Shown in pieces: positions 53,765 to 64,000 of a DNA stretch of 64,000 bases. Source of the stretch: Alphaproteobacteria bacterium (GTDB taxonomy: Bacteria; Pseudomonadota; Alphaproteobacteria; SP197); NCBI GenBank assembly GCA_964291265.2, contig OZ219747.1, forward strand, positions 288,001-352,000. The letters are read 5' to 3'. The notes beneath the pieces were generated by a model that was given only the letters and a program-made list of their open reading frames with translations, was not told where the DNA came from and ran no database searches. Positions within the stretch are counted from its first letter, which is position 1, and each line of letters begins with the position of its first letter. The position numbers and the translations under genes were made by a program.

Positions 53765-54634
53765 GTGACCGCACTGCCGCCGCCAAATTCGCCGATCAAC
53801 CGGGTGCGCCACCGGGTCGGCGTCTTCATGGAGGGTCCACGGGTCACGCGCGCCATCACCGCGGTCATCATCTTCAACGCCGTCGCCCTCGGCCTGGAGA
53901 CGTCGTCCGGCGTGATGGAACACGCCGGGACGCTGTTGCGGTTGCTCGACAGGGCCGTTCTGGCGATCTTCGTGATCGAACTCCTGGCCAAGCTGTTCGC
54001 CTTCGGCTGGCGCTACTTCACGAACGGCTGGAATGTCTTCGACTTCGTTGTCGTCGGCATCGCACTGGCGCCGGCAAGCGGCGGTCTCTCCGTGCTGCGT
54101 GCGCTGCGCATCATGCGCGTGCTTCGCCTTGTCGCCATCGTGCCGTCGATGCGCAAGGTGGTCATGGCCCTGATGACAGCGATCCCCGGCGTCACGAGCG
54201 TACTTGCCCTGCTGGCGCTGGTCTACTACGTCTTCGCCGTGATGGTGACCAAGCTCTATGGCGAGACGTTCCCGGACTGGTTCGGCAGCGTCGGCGACAG
54301 TCTCTATTCCCTGTTCCAGATCATGACCCTGGAAAGCTGGTCCATGGGCATCGTCCGCCCGGTGATGGAGCAGCACCCGGACGCCTGGATGGTCTTCGTG
54401 CCCTTCATCCTGATGACCAGCTTTGCCGTCATCAACCTCTTCATCGCCGTGATCGTCAACGCCATGACCGAACAGGGCCACGCCGACTCCGTGGAACTCC
54501 GGGAGGATCTCCATGCCGTCAGCGAGGCCGGGGTTGCGGCCCTGGTGCAGCGCATGGAAGCCATGCAGCGGCAGATGAACGAGATCAAGGACATGCTGGA
54601 CCGCCGCCGGAACGACCCGACGCATCCCGAATGA
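53765..54634 (+). CDS. Bacterial voltage-gated sodium channel (BacNav)
   Basis: S4 LRALRIMRVLRL, selectivity filter TLESWSMG, C-terminal coiled coil. Confidence 0.92.
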   Translation: MTALPPPNSPINRVRHRVGVFMEGPRVTRAITAVIIFNAVALGLETSSGVMEHAGTLLRLLDRAVLAIFVIELLAKLFAFGWRYFTNGWNVFDFVVVGIALAPASGGLSVLRALRIMRVLRLVAIVPSMRKVVMALMTAIPGVTSVLALLALVYYVFAVMVTKLYGETFPDWFGSVGDSLYSLFQIMTLESWSMGIVRPVMEQHPDAWMVFVPFILMTSFAVINLFIAVIVNAMTEQGHADSVELREDLHAVSEAGVAALVQRMEAMQRQMNEIKDMLDRRRNDPTHPE

Positions 54635-54857
54635 TGGCTCACCCGGTCGGCCCCCAGACACCGCTTGCAAGGGTCACCGCAGCGGCCGGCGGATGAGCAA
54701 CAGTTCCATCAGCCGCCCACTCGTCAAGGTAGCGATGCAAGCCCTCCCTCGATCCTCGTGGTGAACCCGACCGCACATCGGTGATCGGGTGGTGCGGACC
54801 GGTCGCTCCGGGGACGGGGAGGCCGAGGTCGCGGCCGGGGCATCATCCAGGGTCCCG

Positions 54858-55679
54858 TCAGCTTCGCCGGCGCAGGTAGAGGCCGAGCGAGGCGATGATG
54901 AAGGTGAACGACAGCATCAGCGTCGCAATGGCGTTGATCTCGGGCTTCACGCCGCGCCGCAGCATGCCGTAGATGAAGAGCGGCAGCGTGGTCGAATCGG
55001 GCCCGGCGATGAAGTAGGTGATCACGAGATCGTCCATGGAGATGATGAACGCGAGCAAGGCGCCGCCGACCACGCCCGGCGCGATGTGCGGCAGCGTGAC
55101 GCGGCGGAAGGTCACCCATTCACTGGCGCCGAGGTCGGCGCTGGCTTCCTCCAGCGTGCTGTCCATGCCGGCAAGCCGGGCGCTGACCACGACGAAGACG
55201 TAGGAGATCAGAAACGTGCAGTGACCGATGATGATCGAGTACAGACCGAGCGACATGCCGACCGCGACGAAGAACACGAGCAGCGCGATTCCGAGGACGA
55301 TGTCGGGCATGACCATGGGCATGTAGAGAAGCCCCTGGTAGAAGCGCTGTGCGCGGAAGCGATAGCGGTAGAGCGCAAGCGCCGTCATGGTGCCCAGCAC
55401 CGTCGAAACGGTGGTGGTGAAGGCGGCCACGATCAGACTGTTCCCGACGGCGGCAAGCAGCTGATCGGTGGATTCGACGTAGAGCGTCTCCTCGTTCAGC
55501 TGTGTCGGATAGCCGAAGATCGTCCAGTACCAATCGAAGGTGAAACCCGACCAGACCATCATGTTGATCGGGTTGGAATTGAACGAGAAGGCCACGGTCA
55601 TCACGATCGGCGCGTAGATGAACACCAGGAACAGCACGCCGTAGGCGCCGAACAGACGCTGCCCGAGACGCAGTTTCAT
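54858..55679 (-). CDS. Polyamine-type ABC transporter permease (PotC-like)
   Basis: LEEASADLGA EAA loop. Confidence 0.9.
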   Translation of the reverse strand: MKLRLGQRLFGAYGVLFLVFIYAPIVMTVAFSFNSNPINMMVWSGFTFDWYWTIFGYPTQLNEETLYVESTDQLLAAVGNSLIVAAFTTTVSTVLGTMTALALYRYRFRAQRFYQGLLYMPMVMPDIVLGIALLVFFVAVGMSLGLYSIIIGHCTFLISYVFVVVSARLAGMDSTLEEASADLGASEWVTFRRVTLPHIAPGVVGGALLAFIISMDDLVITYFIAGPDSTTLPLFIYGMLRRGVKPEINAIATLMLSFTFIIASLGLYLRRRS

Positions 55680-56563
55680 GGCCGCGTCTGCATCCGCCCG
55701 ATGCGCCGAAGATAGACCAGGATGAGCACAAACATGACCGTCATCATCATGACCGACAGGGCAGCGCCAAACGGCCAGTTGCGGGCGGAAAGGAACTGCT
55801 GCTCGATCAGGTTGCCGATCATCAGGACCTTGGCGCCGCCCAGGAGATCGGGGACGATGAAGTTTCCGAGGCTGGGGATGAACACCAGGACGCAGCCGCC
55901 GGCGATACCCGGCAAGGTCAGCGGTATCGTCACCCTGCAGAAGGTCTGGAACGAACTCGCGCCGAGGTCCGACGACACCTCGATCAGCGAACGATCGAGC
56001 TTCTCCACGGACGCATAGACCGGCAGGAACATGAACGGCAGCAGGATGTAGGCCATGCCGATCAGCACGGCCGTTTCCGTGAAGATGATGTCGAGCGGTT
56101 CCTCGATCACGCCAAGGCCGATCAGGGCGTAGTTCAGAAACCCGGTGGGTCGCAGGATCAGCACCCAGGCGAACAGGCGCACCACAAGACTGACGAAGAA
56201 CGGCAGCGTGATCAGGAACACGACGAGCATGCGCAGGCGCTGCGGCAGGCCGCGCACCCAGAGCGCCGCAGGATAACAGACTGCAAGGGTGATCAGGACG
56301 TTGATGAAGGCAAGCCGGGCCGAGCGCACGAATATCTCGGCATAGACCCAGTCGAAGTCCTCCCATTCGCCGTCCGCCCAACCGAGAATGCGTCCGAAAT
56401 TCCAGTGATAGAAGTTCCACTCGACGCCGCCATAGAGCCCGGGCTCCAGGAAGCTGAAGAGGACCATCACCGCCAGCGGACCGACAAAGCACGTTCCGAG
56501 GAACAGGCTGACCGGTCCGAGCAGGAAGGCGAGCCGGATCCTGTCCCGCCTAACCGCCACCAC
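55676..56563 (-). CDS. Polyamine-type ABC transporter permease (PotB-like)
   Basis: LPFMFLPVY, RNWPFGAA. Confidence 0.9.
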   Translation of the reverse strand: MVAVRRDRIRLAFLLGPVSLFLGTCFVGPLAVMVLFSFLEPGLYGGVEWNFYHWNFGRILGWADGEWEDFDWVYAEIFVRSARLAFINVLITLAVCYPAALWVRGLPQRLRMLVVFLITLPFFVSLVVRLFAWVLILRPTGFLNYALIGLGVIEEPLDIIFTETAVLIGMAYILLPFMFLPVYASVEKLDRSLIEVSSDLGASSFQTFCRVTIPLTLPGIAGGCVLVFIPSLGNFIVPDLLGGAKVLMIGNLIEQQFLSARNWPFGAALSVMMMTVMFVLILVYLRRIGRMQTRP

Positions 56564-57713
56564 GGACTTCCTCGATCAGATGCGGATCCGCACGCCGGTA
56601 GGCGAGCCTGAGCGCCTCGCCGTTCCCGGCCCGGCAGAGCCGGTCGCCATCAGCGCCGGGGCCCGGGGTGACGGTGATGGCGGCGCCGTTGGCGAGGCGG
56701 CAGACCAGCTGCCGCGTCGCGCCGTAGAAAACGGACTGTTCGAGGGTCGCCTCCAGGACGCCGAACGCGGGGTCGTCCGAGGCGGGCGCACCGTCGAGCT
56801 GCTCCGGCCTCAGCAGCATCGTCAGTCTTCGCCCCGCCGGTACGCCGTCACGGATCGGGAGCCGCAGGCCGTCGCCGGTCACGAGCACCGGATCCGGTCC
56901 GACGTCGACCGCCCCGGTGAAGAGGGCGCCGTCGCCGATGAATTCGGCGACGAAGCGTGTCGCCGGCGCATGGTAGAGTTGCTCCGGCGTCCCGATCTGC
57001 TCGATCCTGCCACGATTCAGGACGACAATGCGGTCAGACATCGTCAGCGCCTCCTCCTGGTCGTGGGTGACGAAGAGGAAACAGATCCCGAGCCCATGCT
57101 GCAGTGTCTTGAGTTCGAGCTGCATGGAATGCCGCAGGTTGCGGTCGAGCGCAGACAGGGGTTCGTCAAGCAGCAGGAGCTTGGGCCGGTTGATGATGGC
57201 GCGGGCCAGGGCGACGCGCTGCCGCTGCCCGCCCGACAGCTGGTCCGGCTTGCGGCGCTCAAGGCCCCGGAGACCGACCTGTTCCAGAGCCCTGGCCACG
57301 CGGTCCGTGCGCTCGCGGCGCGGCACGCCCGTGACCTCCAGGCCGTAGGCGACGTTGGCCTCGACGCGCAGGTGCGGAAACAGCGCGTAGGTCTGGAACA
57401 CGGTGTTGACGGGCCGACGTTGAGCCGGCACGCCGGTCATCGACGCCCCGTCGATGCGCACCTCGCCGGAATCGAGTTCTTCGAAGCCGCTGATGCAGCG
57501 CAGCAGCGTGGTCTTGCCGCAGCCCGAGGGGCCGAGCAGGGTCACGAACTCGCCGGCGCGAACAGCCAGCGACACCTCGTCGAGCGCCGTGACCGTGCCG
57601 CCTTCGGGCGCCGTGAACCGCTTGACCGCATCCACCACCTCGGCGACCGGACCGCCTGTTTCAGGCGGCCCGGCGCCTGGCGCGCCGGACAACGGGCCAG
57701 GACCTCTTTCCAC
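56550..57713 (-). CDS. Polyamine-type ABC transporter ATPase (PotA-like)
   Basis: GPSGCGKT, LSGGQ, VTHDQEEA. Confidence 0.92.
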   Translation of the reverse strand: MERGPGPLSGAPGAGPPETGGPVAEVVDAVKRFTAPEGGTVTALDEVSLAVRAGEFVTLLGPSGCGKTTLLRCISGFEELDSGEVRIDGASMTGVPAQRRPVNTVFQTYALFPHLRVEANVAYGLEVTGVPRRERTDRVARALEQVGLRGLERRKPDQLSGGQRQRVALARAIINRPKLLLLDEPLSALDRNLRHSMQLELKTLQHGLGICFLFVTHDQEEALTMSDRIVVLNRGRIEQIGTPEQLYHAPATRFVAEFIGDGALFTGAVDVGPDPVLVTGDGLRLPIRDGVPAGRRLTMLLRPEQLDGAPASDDPAFGVLEATLEQSVFYGATRQLVCRLANGAAITVTPGPGADGDRLCRAGNGEALRLAYRRADPHLIEEVRGGG

Positions 57714-57736
57714 CGTGGATCGGTTTGAACGGACTG

Positions 57737-58789
57737 CTACTGCGCAGTGCGCACCCTGGTCCAGACGCGATTGTACTTGCGCAGATCGTTGCCGAGATCT
57801 TCGAAGATCTGGAGTTTCGCCATCACTTCCGGCGGAGGATTGGTGTTCGGATTGTTCCTGAGTTCATCGGGCAGAAGATCACGCGCCGGCACGTTGGCGG
57901 TTCCGTTGACCTGCTGGAGCGTGTTGAGGGCGGCAATCTCGGGCTGCAGGTAAAACTCGAGGAACCGGATGGCGCTCTCCTTGTTCGGTGCGGACTCGAG
58001 GACGCAGATGTCCTCCTGATACATCGTCGCGCCTTCCTCGGGAATCACGAATCCGAGCCGGTCGGGTTCCTGCAGAACAAGGAACGTCGCGCCGACGTAC
58101 CAGTGTGCGGCGGCGATGTCGCCAGCCTGCACCAGTGGCCCCACGTCATAGGTGAACGCCGAGATCTTGTCCTTGCGTTCGAGCAGCCAGGCCTCGGCCT
58201 GCCTGAGAGCGTCCGCATCCCCGGTGTTCACGGAGTGACCGTTCATGATGAGAGCGACGCCGATGGTCTCGCGCAGGTCATCGAGCATGGTGATCTTCTT
58301 GCCCCTGTCGGGCAGCGCGAAGAAGTCCTCCCAGGAGGTGATCTCGCCGGCTTCCTCCTTGTTGTAGAAGATGCCGACCGCACCCCAGGCATAGGGCAGG
58401 CAGTACGAACTCTCGGGGTCCACGAGGGACCTCTTGGCAAGCGGATCGATGTTCTCGAAACCCTTGAGCGTGTTCACTTTCGCATCGTGCAGCAGCCCGA
58501 GCTTCTGCATGATGTCGCGCATATGAACGGACGGAAACACGATGTCGTATCCCGTCGCGCCTGCCTGGATCTTCGCCAGCATTTCCTCGTTGGTGCCGTA
58601 GGTGTCGAGGGTCACCTCGATCCCGGTTTCCTCGGTGAACCGGGTCAGCACCTCCGGATTGATGTACTCGCCCCAGTTGTAGACGTTGAGCTGGCCTTCT
58701 GCCGAAGCGGGTTGCGTCGTCAACGCGCCGGAAACGCCGACGATGACAGCGGCGGATGCCGCGCCGAGTGTATGCAGGAACTTGTTCAT
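57737..58789 (-). CDS. Polyamine-type ABC substrate-binding protein (PotD-like)
   Basis: Signal peptide, LNVYNWGEYI, PYAWG, IPEEG. Confidence 0.9.
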   Translation of the reverse strand: MNKFLHTLGAASAAVIVGVSGALTTQPASAEGQLNVYNWGEYINPEVLTRFTEETGIEVTLDTYGTNEEMLAKIQAGATGYDIVFPSVHMRDIMQKLGLLHDAKVNTLKGFENIDPLAKRSLVDPESSYCLPYAWGAVGIFYNKEEAGEITSWEDFFALPDRGKKITMLDDLRETIGVALIMNGHSVNTGDADALRQAEAWLLERKDKISAFTYDVGPLVQAGDIAAAHWYVGATFLVLQEPDRLGFVIPEEGATMYQEDICVLESAPNKESAIRFLEFYLQPEIAALNTLQQVNGTANVPARDLLPDELRNNPNTNPPPEVMAKLQIFEDLGNDLRKYNRVWTRVRTAQ

Positions 58790-59031
58790 GCCTTCCTCCA
58801 GATTGCCCTTCAGTCCTAGCACCGAAGCTGTCCATCCGTCATCCGTGTCTTTCGGGAGCCTGGACGAGGCAATCGGCATTCCACCGGAAGGCTCCGCACA
58901 AGGCGCCGTCCAGTCGGGGCTTGCAGGAGCCTCGCCAGGACGCCAACGGAGAACCCCTGCACACCTCGGACACACGCCCGACAACGGCGGATGCCTGTTC
59001 GACGGGGATGCCCGGGTCCGGGGCAAGCGCC

Positions 59032-59135
59032 TTGACACATGCGAGCGGCAACACTAGGTAGGGGCCATGATCGGTTTCGGGACATCAGCTCTGGGCCTAG
59101 CGCCGGACTGAGCGGCGCCCCCTGAAGGGGTGCCG
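59032..59135 (+). promoter_or_regulatory. Putative leuA promoter and leader (uORF plus hairpin)
   Basis: TTGACA-N17-TAGGTA; uORF 59067-59111 MIGFGTSALGLAPD; hairpin GCGGCGCCCC/GGGGTGCCGT. Confidence 0.45.
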
Positions 59136-59200
59136 TGCCGACGCGTTACGCCTTCACCTCCTCTTCAGGAGAAGCCCATGTCCACCGAACATTCACCTGA

Positions 59201-62277
<3,077 letters not shown>

Positions 62278-62341
62278 CGTGGCGCATGACGCGCCGTCTT
62301 GCGGTAGAACACCCTTCCGGAACCGTGCCGCGCGAGCGCCG

Positions 62342-64000
62342 ATGAGAACTCACGACACTGTTGATCACACGACACGCGTCATTGTCCGGCGCATCGTGGA
62401 TGAACATGTCCGCCGCTACATTCCGCGCATACTCGTCGCCATCGTCTTCATGGGTCTCGTGGCCGGCAGCACGGCGGGATACGCCTGGCTCGTCCAGCCC
62501 ATTCTCGACGAGGTCTTCATCGAGAAGGACCGTGGACAGCTGGTGTGGATCACCATGGCCGTCTTCCTGCTCTTTTTTGTCAAGGGCCTCTCGGAATACG
62601 CCCAGGCGGTGATCATGGCCCGCACCTCCATGCGCATCATCGCAGACATCCGCAAGAGGGTCTGCCGCAGCCTGATCCGCGCCGATCTCGCGTACTTCCA
62701 CAAGACCTCGACCGGCGCCCTGATCGCCGGATGCATGAACAATGTCGACGACCTGCAAGCGACGGTGGCGCAGACCCTGACAACGATGGTCAAGGACCTG
62801 CTGACCCTCGTCTTCCTTGCCGCCATGATGTTCCATCAGGACTGGGTTCTGGGTCTCATCTCGTTCTTCATCTTTCCCGCGGCCTTCGCCAGCGTCCAGA
62901 GGATCGGACGCAAGGTCAGGATCAGGTCGCGCGAGGTGGCGATCGAGCGCGAGCATGTCACGGGCTTCATTTCCGACATGTTCCGGGGCATCCGCCACAT
63001 CAAGGCCTACGGCCAGGAAGGCCACCACATGGCGCGGCTCGGCGACCGCATCGACCTTCTCTTCCGGCGCGGCGTCAGGACCGTGAGAGCCAGTGAAGCC
63101 ATCTCGCCGATCATGGAATCGCTGGCCGGCATCGCCATTGGCGCCACCATCGTCTACGGCGGACTCAAGGTCATCGAGGGCACCACCACCCCCGGCGCCT
63201 TCTTCAGCTTCATCACCGCCCTGCTCCTCGCCTACCGGCCCCTCAAGAGCCTTGCCCGCCTCAACAACACCCTGCAGCAGGGGCTGGCCGCCGCCCAGCG
63301 GGTGTTCGCCCTCATCGACATCAGGCCGGCGATCCGGGACCGCGAGAACGCCGCAGCGCTGTCGATCGCGGGCGGCATGGTGAGGTTTGACGAGGTCTCG
63401 TTCGCCTACCACGACACGCCGGTCCTCGATCGCGTGTCCTTCGAGGCGCCGGCCGGCCGGACCACGGCCCTCGTCGGGCCCTCGGGCGCCGGAAAGTCGA
63501 CCGCCCTCAACCTTGTCGCGCGTTTCTATGATGTCGGCAGCGGCCGGATCTCGATCGACGGTTCCGACGTGCGTGACGTCACCCTGGAGAGTCTGCGTGA
63601 CGCGGTTGCCGTCGTCAGCCAGGAGGTCGTGCTTTTCAACGACACCATCGAGGCCAACATCGCCTTCGGCAGGCCGAACGCCGCGCCTGACGAGATCAAG
63701 GCGGCAGCGCAGGTGGCCGACGCCCACCCCTTCATCGAGAAACTCGAGCTCGGCTACGAGACTCTCATCGGCGAAAACGGCATCCGTCTCTCGGGAGGCC
63801 AGAGACAGAGAATCTCCATTGCCCGGGCGGTGCTGCGCGATGCGCCGATCCTCATCCTTGACGAAGCCACCAGTTCCCTCGATTCCGAATCGGAACGCCA
63901 GGTCCAGCAGGCCCTTGCCCGCCTGACCAGCGGCCGCACATCGATTGTCGTGGCCCACCGGCTCAGCACCATCGCCGATGCCGATGTCATCCATGTCCTC
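62342..64000 (+). CDS. ABC exporter, permease-ATPase fusion (MsbA-like), runs off the right edge
   Basis: Manual translation: TM domain, GPSGAGKST, LSGGQRQR, LDEATSSLD, AHRLSTI. Confidence 0.9.
   Translation, partial: MRTHDTVDHTTRVIVRRIVDEHVRRYIPRILVAIVFMGLVAGSTAGYAWLVQPILDEVFIEKDRGQLVWITMAVFLLFFVKGLSEYAQAVIMARTSMRIIADIRKRVCRSLIRADLAYFHKTSTGALIAGCMNNVDDLQATVAQTLTTMVKDLLTLVFLAAMMFHQDWVLGLISFFIFPAAFASVQRIGRKVRIRSREVAIEREHVTGFISDMFRGIRHIKAYGQEGHHMARLGDRIDLLFRRGVRTVRASEAISPIMESLAGIAIGATIVYGGLKVIEGTTTPGAFFSFITALLLAYRPLKSLARLNNTLQQGLAAAQRVFALIDIRPAIRDRENAAALSIAGGMVRFDEVSFAYHDTPVLDRVSFEAPAGRTTALVGPSGAGKSTALNLVARFYDVGSGRISIDGSDVRDVTLESLRDAVAVVSQEVVLFNDTIEANIAFGRPNAAPDEIKAAAQVADAHPFIEKLELGYETLIGENGIRLSGGQRQRISIARAVLRDAPILILDEATSSLDSESERQVQQALARLTSGRTSIVVAHRLSTIADADVIHVL

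Overview
GC-rich alphaproteobacterial chromosome segment (parE, tRNA-His, glnB-glnA, rplM-rpsI, leuA, pmbA, a polyamine-type ABC transporter, a bacterial voltage-gated Na+ channel) interrupted by two accessory islands. Island 1 (~4.3-21.5 kb) lies between the N- and C-terminal remnants of a decayed dimethylglycine-dehydrogenase-like gene. It carries an intact three-gene TIR / SLOG / TIR (Thoeris-like) operon with no recognisable effector, and a MobF relaxase split by a 5.3-kb IS21-family unit transposon. That transposon encodes a Cys-rich protein, IstA, IstB, a DUF3991/TOPRIM primase-like protein and a small basic protein. It has inserted into a copy of itself in inverted orientation, shows strongly polarised strand composition, and carries 13-bp iteron-like repeats. 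Its outer istA is disrupted by an IS4/IS50-type element whose transposase is fused to a DUF4338 (DruA-like) domain. Island 2 (~30.6-41.8 kb) holds an IS1634 and a miniature derivative in tandem at CTAG, a nested 261-bp MITE, an AAC(3)-family gene, IetAS and GNAT/DUF1778 modules whose toxins are both frameshifted, and integrase and primase-helicase relics. In the core region, phnX is translationally coupled to an aromatic-amino-acid-lyase homologue lacking the canonical ASG (MIO) tripeptide. All family assignments come from motif recognition by eye; no database searches were run.
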